Shown: one piece after another, positions 18,375 through 27,065 of the stretch
How positions within the stretch are numbered: position 1 is the stretch's first letter
How the letters are laid out: each line of letters opens with the position of its first letter
Source of the DNA: Desulfuromonas sp.
GTDB taxonomy: Bacteria; Desulfobacterota; Desulfuromonadia; Desulfuromonadales; UBA2294
Length of the DNA: 64,000 nt
Assembly: GCA_002869615.1 (NCBI GenBank)
Contig: PKUH01000001.1
Location: forward strand, 71,937-135,936
Direction of reading: 5' to 3'
Notes under the pieces: model-generated
The model's input: only the letters and a program-made list of their open reading frames with translations
Database searches by the model: none
What the model was told of the DNA's origin: nothing
Made by a program: the position numbers and the translations under genes

Positions 18375-20342
18375 ATGAGCAAGAAAATGTTGATTAACGC
18401 CACCCACTCAGAGGAGAACCGGGTTGCTATCGTCGAGGACGGCGTTCTGACCGAACTCGACATCGAAACTGCAGGCAGTACAGAAAACAAGGGTGATATT
18501 TACAAGGCGACCGTGGTCCGGGTTGAATCGGGGCTGCAGGCCGCTTTCGTTGATTATGGGGCCAACCGTCTCGGCTTTCTGCAGATCGGCGAACTCCATC
18601 CGTCCCTTTTCCCGAAAAAAACCCAGGAATCCGGCCAGCGCCCCCGCATCACTGAAATTCTCAAACGGGGTCAGGAGTTGCTTGTCCAGATTATCCGGGA
18701 AGAGCGTGGCACCAAGGGTGCCGCCCTGACCACTAACCTCTCCCTTCCGGGCCGCTACATGGTCCTGATGCCGGACAGCACAACCAAGGGGATATCACGC
18801 AAGGTCGAAGACGACACCACCCGCAAGAAACTGAAAGAGGCGATGGCGACTTTAAAAATTCCGGACAATATGGGCTACATCGTTCGCACCGCCGGGATCG
18901 GCCAGAAAGTCACCGAACTCAAACGCGACTACAAGTACCTCTCCGGCATCTATAAAAAAATCCAACAGGCCAACAAAAAGGAGAAGGCACCGGCCCTCCT
19001 TTTCCAGGAATCGAATGTCGTCATCCGTTCGATCCGCGAGCATTTCAGCACCGACATGGATGAAATCCTGATTGATGATCCTGACGTATTCAATGAAGCA
19101 AAAGATTTCTTCAAGGCGATCATGCCGGCCCAGGTCAAGATCCTCAAGCAACACCTTGAACGGCGGCCGATCTTTTCACGCTACCAGGTCGAGGAGCAGA
19201 TTGAAACGATCACCAGCAACAAGGTGCCACTGCCCTCCGGCGGCTCAATCGTACTCGACCAGACCGAAGCACTGGTCGCCATCGATGTCAACTCGGGACG
19301 GATGGCCGGTGAGCACGGGATCGAAGCGACCGCATACAAATCGAACATGGAAGCCGCTGCCGAAATCGGCCGGCAGCTTCGCCTGCGCGACCTCGGTGGC
19401 CTGATTGTTATCGATTTTATCGACATGCGCGATCGCAAAAACAATCGCGAGGTTGAAAAAACGCTGAAAAATTCCCTCAAGAACGACAAGGCGAAACTTT
19501 CGGTCGGCAAGATCAGCCAGTTCGGCCTTTTGGAGATGAGCCGCCAGCGGCTCCGTCCGACTCTGGCTGAAGGCTCTTACCAACCCTGCCCCAACTGCGG
19601 CGGCAGCGGCCGGGTCAAAAACGCCGAAGCCCAGGCGGTTGCCGTCCTCCGCCAGCTGCACACAACCTGCGCCAAGGGCAAGATCGGAAAAGCGATCGTA
19701 ACCGTTCCGGAAGAAGTCGGTCATTACCTTCTTAATGTTCGCCGTGAAGAAATCCTGGAGATGGAAAAGAAACTTAATATTTCGATCCATATTATCGGCA
19801 ATCATGACTTCCATGATGAACGGGTTGAACTCGACATCGTCAAACTGGACAAAGATGCCGACAACACTGAGAGCGAGACGCCGTCCCATCCGAAACCGGA
19901 TACTGAGCCGAAAAAGTCGGGAGACCAGAACAAAAACAAGCCTGAATCGAACGGTGGCAAGAAGGACGACGAGAAAAAGGATCAACAACCAAGACGGCGC
20001 CGGCCGCCGCGGCGCAAACCGTCCGCTGCAAAAAATGAGGCAGCACAGGACGATGCGCCGACAGAACAGCAAGAAAAGACACCCGTGACCATACCCGAAG
20101 CAGCTGCCGAGAAAAAGGATCATCCGCCGCGGCGCCGACGGCCGCCCCGGCGTCGGCCAAATAAAGACAAGCCGGCGGAGGAGAATAAAACAGATGCCAA
20201 GAAAGACGGCAATGAGCCGGAAAAAGAAAAAATAGTAGAGAAAGAGACCCCGGCGGAGGAAGTTAAATCGAAACCAAAACGATCATTCCTTGAGTCCTTT
20301 ATGGAGCCACTTTTGCCCAAGGGCAATGAGAACAATAAATAG
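18375..20342 (+). CDS. rne: ribonuclease E/G family endoribonuclease with a basic, Lys/Arg/Pro-rich C-terminal tail
   Basis: MSKKMLINATHSEENRVAIVEDGVLTELDIE mirrors the E. coli RNase E N-terminus (MKRMLINAT...). An S1 domain and catalytic core follow, with the Zn-link CPNCGGSG. The tail has two PRRRRPPRR(K/R)P segments. The start was chosen by homology; the ORF track begins at 18294. Confidence 0.85.
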   Translation: MSKKMLINATHSEENRVAIVEDGVLTELDIETAGSTENKGDIYKATVVRVESGLQAAFVDYGANRLGFLQIGELHPSLFPKKTQESGQRPRITEILKRGQELLVQIIREERGTKGAALTTNLSLPGRYMVLMPDSTTKGISRKVEDDTTRKKLKEAMATLKIPDNMGYIVRTAGIGQKVTELKRDYKYLSGIYKKIQQANKKEKAPALLFQESNVVIRSIREHFSTDMDEILIDDPDVFNEAKDFFKAIMPAQVKILKQHLERRPIFSRYQVEEQIETITSNKVPLPSGGSIVLDQTEALVAIDVNSGRMAGEHGIEATAYKSNMEAAAEIGRQLRLRDLGGLIVIDFIDMRDRKNNREVEKTLKNSLKNDKAKLSVGKISQFGLLEMSRQRLRPTLAEGSYQPCPNCGGSGRVKNAEAQAVAVLRQLHTTCAKGKIGKAIVTVPEEVGHYLLNVRREEILEMEKKLNISIHIIGNHDFHDERVELDIVKLDKDADNTESETPSHPKPDTEPKKSGDQNKNKPESNGGKKDDEKKDQQPRRRRPPRRKPSAAKNEAAQDDAPTEQQEKTPVTIPEAAAEKKDHPPRRRRPPRRRPNKDKPAEENKTDAKKDGNEPEKEKIVEKETPAEEVKSKPKRSFLESFMEPLLPKGNENNK

Positions 20343-20348
20343 AACAAA

Positions 20349-20370
20349 GGCCGGAGCATCTGCTCCGGCC
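20349..20370. terminator. bidirectional terminator hairpin between rne (+) and the Smr gene (-)
   Basis: GGCCGGAGC, loop ATCT, then GCTCCGGCC form a perfect 9-bp stem. The minus strand continues with TTTGTTCTATTT. Confidence 0.65.
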
Positions 20371-20373
20371 TCT

Positions 20374-20991
20374 TCAGTCAACTTTCAGAAAAACGATAAT
20401 CGCCCCCGCACCGCCCTGCTTCGGCGGAGCCTGCACCCATTCGATAACATAAGTTCGGCCCGGGCCATTCAGGTAAGCTTCAACCAGTGGTCGCAGCACC
20501 GGCCCAGTATCGGAGTGGTTTCCCTTGCCGGTAATGATCCGGACGGCTTCAAAGCCATAGAACTTTGAGTTTTCGAGAAACCAGCCAACTTTCTGCTGCA
20601 CCGCATCAGTCTTGACGCCGTGCAAATCCAGTTCGGCCTGCGGTTCGAGATCGCCGCGCCGTAGCAGTTTGTCGCGTCTTGGGCGGGCCACTCTACCACC
20701 AGTCTGAACCCGTTCTTTTTTACCGTAGAAACTTGCTTCAGCTTCAGTTTCGGCCGAAAGACGCACCGGATCGGGCTTTTCGAGGCTATCCCGGTCGATC
20801 TTGCGCACCCCGAGACCTGACATCTCAGAGAAGAAATCTGCGTCAGCTTCTATTTGCGGCAATTTCGGTTCAGGTTGGCTGACCGGTTTCGGCTCGGGTT
20901 TCTTTTCCGGTTTCTTGTCGGCGGAAACAGATAACCCCTTCAGCGCACTGAAAGGGTTATTGAATTGTGCATTATCTTTTTTCTTGCCCAT
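20374..20991 (-). CDS. Smr (MutS2 C-terminal-like) domain protein
   Basis: The C-terminal Smr domain reads ELDLHGVKTDAVQQKVGWFL...VRIITGKGNHS. The ATG at 20991 (MGKKKDN...) is preferred over the TTG at 21012. Confidence 0.75.
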   Translation of the reverse strand: MGKKKDNAQFNNPFSALKGLSVSADKKPEKKPEPKPVSQPEPKLPQIEADADFFSEMSGLGVRKIDRDSLEKPDPVRLSAETEAEASFYGKKERVQTGGRVARPRRDKLLRRGDLEPQAELDLHGVKTDAVQQKVGWFLENSKFYGFEAVRIITGKGNHSDTGPVLRPLVEAYLNGPGRTYVIEWVQAPPKQGGAGAIIVFLKVD

Positions 20992-20998
20992 AATCGAA

Positions 20999-21727
20999 TC
21001 AACGCCGCACAATCGTCTTCTTCCGGCCGGTCATCGCCTTGGTCTGCTGCTTGATAATGGCTCCGGTCTTCTCGAGATGGAACTGGTACCAGAGATCACC
21101 ATACGGCTTCATCTTCTGCTTCTTCCCTTCCTTGATCAGCTGCAGATTGCTTTCCATCTGCTCGTGACCACCGACCTTCTTGATCCCCTTTTCAAGGATC
21201 TCGATCGCCTTGTCATGTTCACCGATCTTCTCGAGACAGAACGCATAGAGTTCCCAGATAACCGGTTCTTTTTTATTGACCATGACCGCCTTGTCAAAGG
21301 TCTTCATCATCTCGCCCGGTTTGTTCTTCTTCATATAACAGACCGCCAGCATACCCATGCCGGCCCAATGCTTGCTGAAGGCGTTGGCAAGGTAATCGAA
21401 AGCTGTCTTGAAATCACGGCGCAGGTAATAAATGGCGCCGATCTGGGCGGCAATCTGGCCCTTGAGATAAAGCTGCCACGGAGCAAATTTCTGCAGAGCC
21501 TCTAGCGTCTTGATCGCTTTTTCCGGACGATTCGCCTGCATATCACGCTGAACGATCTCCATGCCGGCGGTTACCTTCTTGGTGACGACCCGGAAGATAA
21601 TCATGAACACAATCGCGGTGACGATCAGTCCGGTAAAAACCGACCAGCCGACAGCCAGCTTTGCACCAAGGGTTAAAGCAACAGCGACTGCAGTGCCGCT
21701 GAGAAGTGAAACGAGTATTCCTAACAT
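20999..21727 (-). CDS. membrane-anchored TPR-like repeat protein
   Basis: Two N-terminal TM helices are followed by helical repeat segments (AIKTLEALQ..., FKTAFDYLANAF..., MMKTFDKAV..., HDKAIEILEKGI...). Confidence 0.6.
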   Translation of the reverse strand: MLGILVSLLSGTAVAVALTLGAKLAVGWSVFTGLIVTAIVFMIIFRVVTKKVTAGMEIVQRDMQANRPEKAIKTLEALQKFAPWQLYLKGQIAAQIGAIYYLRRDFKTAFDYLANAFSKHWAGMGMLAVCYMKKNKPGEMMKTFDKAVMVNKKEPVIWELYAFCLEKIGEHDKAIEILEKGIKKVGGHEQMESNLQLIKEGKKQKMKPYGDLWYQFHLEKTGAIIKQQTKAMTGRKKTIVRR

Positions 21728-21798
21728 CTTGTTATTAATTCCTTTCGATCAAATTGAGCGCAGAGTTTAGCAACCCACCCTCTAAAAGTCAAAGGCAT

Positions 21799-22554
21799 TC
21801 AGCGGGGCAGGACAACATGCTCAACCGTCCGATCGACACCGCTTTCCGCGAGATTTCCGGGCAGGATATCGTTGCGCAGAAACTGGCTGTTACCCGCCTG
21901 AAACAAAGGAATCGGCGTTTCCGGCGTTGTCAGCTTCATCACTTCGCCGCACCCCCCCGAACAGGGGCCGGTCCGGCCTGGTTCGCGTAATGGGCAGTTC
22001 CGGCTAGAGGCGACCATTGCCCAGGGAAAATGCAGGGTCCCTTTGAGCTGCTTTGGTAGCGGCGCGATACCCTGCAACAGGTTGTCGAGTTCGACCCGAC
22101 TGACGGCGTGCTCCGCGAGAAAAGCGGCTGCTTCATCTTGATACCAGCTACCACGCTGAAAGTATGCGGCTTCGCTTGGCTTCAGATCGAGACCAAGAAT
22201 CCGTGGACCCCGTTTCTGCCCGGAGAGAACCCGTCCAATAACCCGGGTCGTTTCAGCACCGAGTTGGTCGAGCAATCTGAGTGTTCCGAGGTCGGAAAGG
22301 ATCACTTCATCCTCAGCCTGCAACTGCGGCAGTACCTGTTCGAGAGTGGTACGCAAAATCGGGATAAACGGCTCGCTGAGCACCGGTGTCACCAGTGAGA
22401 AATGACGATTCGTTTTACGGGCAACGGCAAGCGCTTTTTCAATGTGGGAAGAATCGGGGAAAGTCCAGCAACAGAACTCGGAACCGAAATAGATGCGCGA
22501 CCAGTCGCCAACCGGTATCGCATCGGGATCAACGATAAAAAGCGCCTGTTCCAC
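21799..22554 (-). CDS. U32-peptidase-family-like protein, short UbiV-like form (putative Fe-S protein)
   Basis: RIYFGSEFCCW resembles the N-terminal yLGe-vC segment of the family. The C-terminal cysteines are arranged C187-x10-C198-x3-C202. The 251-aa size is similar to the short U32 members. The assignment is from pattern memory only. Confidence 0.4.
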   Translation of the reverse strand: MEQALFIVDPDAIPVGDWSRIYFGSEFCCWTFPDSSHIEKALAVARKTNRHFSLVTPVLSEPFIPILRTTLEQVLPQLQAEDEVILSDLGTLRLLDQLGAETTRVIGRVLSGQKRGPRILGLDLKPSEAAYFQRGSWYQDEAAAFLAEHAVSRVELDNLLQGIAPLPKQLKGTLHFPWAMVASSRNCPLREPGRTGPCSGGCGEVMKLTTPETPIPLFQAGNSQFLRNDILPGNLAESGVDRTVEHVVLPR

Positions 22555-22555
22555 G

Positions 22556-24268
22556 TCAGCTGCTCTTGCGGGTTCGAACGATCAGGGTCAGCTTGTCACC
22601 CGGTTGCAGGACATGGTTCTGATTGAGATTGTTCCAGTTGCGGATCTGGCTGGTCTCGACGGCAAACTTGCGGCCGATACCCCAGAGGGTGTCGCCGGAG
22701 CGGACCTTGTAGATGATTTGGCGTGGTGGGCCGTCGGCCTTGACCGCTTTGCGTACTTTTCGTTGGGCTGCCTTCGCCGATACGACGAGGCGTTGACCGG
22801 GGCGAATCACGTTGCTCCAGCCGAGCCGGTTCCAGACCCGGAGCTGATGCTCACTGACTCCGAACTTGCGTGAAATCGACCAGAGCGAATCACCGGAGCG
22901 GACGGTATAGACCTGGCGGCGGGTCTTGATGTAGTCGTCACGCAGCTCTTTGACCGGCCGACTGCTATAACCTTTCTTGAGCGGCAATACCAGGTTGGTG
23001 CCGATACTGATCGCCCGCGGGTTGCGGATATTATTCAACGCGATGATATCGTTGAGGCGCACATTATACCGGCGCGACAGGGCACCGAGGGTGTCACCCT
23101 TCTTGATCTTGTAGCGCATGTAGTTGGCGCGATCAGAAGGTGAAAGCTTGGCGTATTGCTCGCTGAAGGTGGCGGTTGAACCGAGCGGAATCCGGAGCTG
23201 GTAATCAGTCTCGCCCGGTGGCGTGCACCAGCGTTTCAGTTCGGGGTTGAGCTGCTTGATCTCCTCGTAGGTGGTGCCGCTCATTCTGGCAACGATCTCG
23301 AGATCGGTAACGCTCGGAATCGATACCGTTTCATACTGTAGCGGTTCCTGAAAATCGAGGTCCGTGAATCCGTATTTCTCGGGATCCTTGGCCAGAGTCA
23401 ACGCCGCCATCAGCTTGGGAACGTAGTTTTTGGTTTCAGCCCGCAGATATCTGCCACGGCTCATCTCCCAAAAATCGCGGGTCTTGTACTTGCGGATCGC
23501 CGTCCGGATCTTGCCCGGCCCGGCATTGTAAGAGGCAACTGCGAGATACCATTCGCCATCGAACTGGTCACGCAGATCGGACAGAAAACGGGCCGCTGCC
23601 CGGGTTGACTTTTCAAAATCACGCCGTTCGTCACGGTACCAGTCCTGCTTGAGATCATACATCCGACCGGTGCCCCTGATGAACTGCCATGGACCGACCG
23701 CGTGTGCCCAGCTGTAGGCCCGGGTATTAAAGCCCGATTCGACCATGGCGAGATATGCAAGATCCTTCGGCAGGCCATGCTCGGCAAAGATTTCCCGCAT
23801 CATCGGCAGGTAGCGCGACGAACGCTCAAGCCAGCGGGTAAAAACCTTGTGCCCGCGGCCGGTGTAGTAGTCGATGAAATACTGAACCTTGGCGTTATGC
23901 ACGACCGGAAAATCGTCGGAGACCCCGACCAGAAGAGTCGTCTTGCCCTCGTCCTCGGGTGCATCCTCACCGCTGACGGCAAGCAGCGAGTTGTCGGCAA
24001 GGGTTTCCGGGTCGGTGGCATTCAGAAGCAGCCTGGTTTCGACCCGCCAGGGGTTATCCTCGCCGCTGAGCATCGAATAAGCTGGTATCGGCTCGCCGAG
24101 TGAGAGGTCGAGCAGCGAAAGCCGTTCGACGTTTTCTCCAGTCGCGAGCAGCGGTTTGAACGTGAGCATTTCCGGAGGTTCCTCCGGAGCGTTCCTTGTC
24201 TCGACAGCAGAAAGACCGGACAGGCATCCGGCCAGTATCGGCAAAAGCAGAAATGCAATAAAGCGCAT
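22556..24268 (-). CDS. mltD: membrane-bound lytic murein transglycosylase (MltD-like; SLT domain plus three LysM domains), lipoprotein
   Basis: The signal and lipobox are LLLPILAGC. The SLT catalytic region is LAMVESGFNTRAYSWAHAVGPWQF. There are three C-terminal LysM repeats (YKIKKGDTLGALS..., YTVRSGDSLWSIS..., YKVRSGDTLWGIG...). Confidence 0.85.
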   Translation of the reverse strand: MRFIAFLLLPILAGCLSGLSAVETRNAPEEPPEMLTFKPLLATGENVERLSLLDLSLGEPIPAYSMLSGEDNPWRVETRLLLNATDPETLADNSLLAVSGEDAPEDEGKTTLLVGVSDDFPVVHNAKVQYFIDYYTGRGHKVFTRWLERSSRYLPMMREIFAEHGLPKDLAYLAMVESGFNTRAYSWAHAVGPWQFIRGTGRMYDLKQDWYRDERRDFEKSTRAAARFLSDLRDQFDGEWYLAVASYNAGPGKIRTAIRKYKTRDFWEMSRGRYLRAETKNYVPKLMAALTLAKDPEKYGFTDLDFQEPLQYETVSIPSVTDLEIVARMSGTTYEEIKQLNPELKRWCTPPGETDYQLRIPLGSTATFSEQYAKLSPSDRANYMRYKIKKGDTLGALSRRYNVRLNDIIALNNIRNPRAISIGTNLVLPLKKGYSSRPVKELRDDYIKTRRQVYTVRSGDSLWSISRKFGVSEHQLRVWNRLGWSNVIRPGQRLVVSAKAAQRKVRKAVKADGPPRQIIYKVRSGDTLWGIGRKFAVETSQIRNWNNLNQNHVLQPGDKLTLIVRTRKSS

Positions 24269-24313
24269 TAAAATATTCCCTTCTTCAGGCTTCAGAGGCT
24301 AAACGAAAAAACC

Positions 24314-25963
24314 TTATTCGTCAAGGGGTTCCATCTCTTCCGGCCAGAATCGATCCGCCATTTCATGCATCAGCGGTTCAAAGGTTTTGCGGTCGAGAGC
24401 CGACACCGGAACCGCCTCGAAACGCCGACAATACGGGGCAATCTCTTCCGACGGAATCCGGTCTGTTTTATTAAACACGAGCAATCGCGGAATCATGCCG
24501 AGATCGAGATCTGACAGAATCTGCTCAACCGATGCAATCTGCTGCTCGAAGCGCGGATTCGAGATATCGACGACGTGCAGCAGCAGGTCGGCATCCTCGA
24601 GCTCTTCGAGAGTCGCGGTAAAGGCTCCGAACAGGCTCTTCGGCAACTGCCGGATAAAGCCGACGGTATCGGTAATGATGACCTCGCGCTCCATCGGGAA
24701 CCGGAGCCGCCGGGTCGCCGTATCGAGGGTTGCGAAAAGCAGGTCCTCAGTCAGCACCTTGCTCTGGGTCAGGGCGTTAAGCAAGGTCGACTTTCCGGCA
24801 TTGGTGTAACCGACGATCGAAACAATCGGCAGGTCGCTCCGGCCTCTTTTCCGGCGTCGTTGCTTACGCCCCTTCGAAAGGTTCTTCAGCTGTTTTTCGA
24901 GGCGGGCAATCCGATCCCGGATACGGCGTCGATCAACCTCGAGCTTGGTCTCTCCCGGACCGCGCCCGCCGATACCGCCGGCGAGACGCGACATTGCGGT
25001 GCCTCGTCCGGTCAGTCGCGGCAGGATATATTTGAGTTGGGCGAGTTCAACCTGGACCTTGCCATCAAGGGTATGAGCCCGCCGGGCAAAGATATCGAGA
25101 ATCAGCTGGCTGCGGTCGATAACCTTGATCTCGGTGATCGCGCTGATATTGCTCGCCTGCATCGGCGAAAGGTTCTGATCAAAAACCAGAAGGGTCGCTC
25201 CCTGCTGCATCGCCGAAATCACGACCTCCTTGATTTTCCCTTCGCCCATCAGATACTTCGGATTGAGTTTGCGCGGCCGTTGAATCACCCGGTCGAGCAC
25301 AACAACATCAGCCGTACGCGCCAGCTCGGTCAACTCATCGAGCGAATCTTCGGTTTCAGCCCGTGAACTTTGACTCACCGAAATCAGTATCGCCTTCTCC
25401 CGGGTGTCGGAGAGGTCAACCGTTTCTGAGACCTTGCGCTCGATCTCAACGTCGAGAGAACGGAGAAACTGTTCAAAGTTGAGATCGAGGGTGTGGATCG
25501 ACGCTGCCCGCAGAACCTCGACGGACTTATTCTCCGGATTCGGCGGCAACAGATGCGCATAATGAACTGTTCCGGGAAGACCGTTTTCTTCAACCGCCAG
25601 AGCGACCATCATATCGAGACGCAACAGCGCGAGGTCGGTCAGGTCATCCTGCGACAACTGTTCACCCCTGAGATGGGTATGAATACAACGCAGGCCGCGC
25701 AGGCCGGCGCCGGTAATCCTGAACCGGGAAAGTTCCGGAATATAGATTTCACGGTCGTCGCCGATAATGACATGTGAAATCGCTCCCTGGCGATCGACCA
25801 GGATGCCGATCTGGCGCCGAATATCATACGAGAGTTCGGTCAGAAAGCGGGCCAGATCCGGGGTCACCAGGCTGTCGGGCGGGATGCGGCGGGAGTAAAT
25901 CCGCTCCAGCGCCTTGACCTGGCTCGATTTCAGTCCGGCTATATTTCCGTGAAGTGTCGGCAA
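24314..25963 (-). CDS. hflX: GTPase HflX
   Basis: An HflX N-terminal domain is followed by the G-domain motifs GYTNAGKSTLLNALT, DTVGF and NKTD. Confidence 0.9.
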   Translation of the reverse strand: MPTLHGNIAGLKSSQVKALERIYSRRIPPDSLVTPDLARFLTELSYDIRRQIGILVDRQGAISHVIIGDDREIYIPELSRFRITGAGLRGLRCIHTHLRGEQLSQDDLTDLALLRLDMMVALAVEENGLPGTVHYAHLLPPNPENKSVEVLRAASIHTLDLNFEQFLRSLDVEIERKVSETVDLSDTREKAILISVSQSSRAETEDSLDELTELARTADVVVLDRVIQRPRKLNPKYLMGEGKIKEVVISAMQQGATLLVFDQNLSPMQASNISAITEIKVIDRSQLILDIFARRAHTLDGKVQVELAQLKYILPRLTGRGTAMSRLAGGIGGRGPGETKLEVDRRRIRDRIARLEKQLKNLSKGRKQRRRKRGRSDLPIVSIVGYTNAGKSTLLNALTQSKVLTEDLLFATLDTATRRLRFPMEREVIITDTVGFIRQLPKSLFGAFTATLEELEDADLLLHVVDISNPRFEQQIASVEQILSDLDLGMIPRLLVFNKTDRIPSEEIAPYCRRFEAVPVSALDRKTFEPLMHEMADRFWPEEMEPLDE

Positions 25964-25987
25964 ATCAAAACCTCGAAATTATTCTGA

Positions 25988-26150
25988 CACGAAGAAAACC
26001 AGAATCTTTTGTTGTTTTAACGCAAAGGCGTCAAGAAAATCTAAAACAGAACCAAATGAACTTTTTGGTTAGCTTGAATGCAAACTGTAAAGCATTTTAA
26101 CCACTTAGAAAATTCACATGTCTTTCTTCGTGTCTTGGTGTCTTCGTGGC
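25988..26150. repeat. intergenic element bounded by inverted arrays of an 8-bp unit (copy A)
   Basis: The left end is CACGAAGA-AAACCAGA (25988-26003). The right end is TCTTCGTG-TCTTGGTG-TCTTCGTG-GC (26125-26150), the reverse complement of the left unit. The core is AT-rich. A related element lies at 28691-28836. Confidence 0.5.
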
Positions 26151-26172
26151 AAAAGCTCTGCATGTCAAACAC

Positions 26173-26192
26173 AAAAGGCCCCATGCGGGGCC
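26173..26192 (-). terminator. rho-independent terminator of fabI
   Basis: GGCCCC, loop ATGC, then GGGGCC. The AAAA on the plus side gives a U-run on the minus strand, 27 nt after the fabI stop. Confidence 0.65.
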
Positions 26193-26218
26193 TTGAGTTC
26201 AGTTATGACAACAGTCGA

Positions 26219-26986
26219 TCATTCGGCCGAGATATTGAATCCGGCATCGACGTAATGGATTTCACCCGTGACCCCGGAAGCGAGGTCGGAGAGCAGGTAG
26301 AGGGAAGCCTTGCCGACCTCTTCCTGGGTGATGACCCGGCGCATCGGGCTCCGCTGCTCCATGACCCGGAGTTTTTCCTTGAAATTACCGACCCCGGACG
26401 CCGCCAGGGTTTTGATCGGACCGGCGGAAACGGCGTTGACCCGGATATTCTGCTCACCCAACTCGGCGGCGAGATAGCGGACGGTTGATTCAAGTGCTGC
26501 CTTGGCGACGCCCATGACATTGTATCCCGGCACAGCCATCACAGACCCGAGATAAGTCATGGTGATAATCGAACCGCCATCATTCATCAGCGGCAAAGCT
26601 GAGCGGGTCATGGCGACCAGTGAATAGGCGCTGATATCCATCGCCAGGGAGAAGCCGTCGCGGCTGGTCTGGGTAAAGGGCCGTTTCAGATCGTCACGGT
26701 TGGCAAAAGCGACCGCGTGCACGACAAAATCAATGGTCCCCCACTGCTTCTCCAGTTCGTCAAAAACGGATTGAATCTCTTCATCGGAAGCAACGTCGCA
26801 GGGAAGGATGATGTTCGAGTCGAGACTCTCGGCGAGCGGTCGAACTCTTTTTTCAAGTGACTCATTGAGATAAGTGAAGGCGAGCTCGGCGCCGGCAGCC
26901 CTCAGCTGCTGGGCAACACCCCAGGCAATACTTTTATCGTTGGCGACCCCGAAAATAATGCCGCGCTTCCCATCCATCAAACCCAT
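26219..26986 (-). CDS. fabI: enoyl-[acyl-carrier-protein] reductase (NADH)
   Basis: MGLMDGKRGIIFGVANDKSIAWG parallels the E. coli FabI N-terminus (MGFLSGKRILVTGVAS...). It has the SDR fold and the Y...K catalytic region. The start is taken at the second Met of the ORF. Confidence 0.9.
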   Translation of the reverse strand: MGLMDGKRGIIFGVANDKSIAWGVAQQLRAAGAELAFTYLNESLEKRVRPLAESLDSNIILPCDVASDEEIQSVFDELEKQWGTIDFVVHAVAFANRDDLKRPFTQTSRDGFSLAMDISAYSLVAMTRSALPLMNDGGSIITMTYLGSVMAVPGYNVMGVAKAALESTVRYLAAELGEQNIRVNAVSAGPIKTLAASGVGNFKEKLRVMEQRSPMRRVITQEEVGKASLYLLSDLASGVTGEIHYVDAGFNISAE

Positions 26987-27065
26987 CAAATTATTCCTCC
27001 CTCTCAACTTGTAAAATGATCTGATTTTTTATCAGATAAAAGACTTTGAGGCAAGCGATTTGCCC

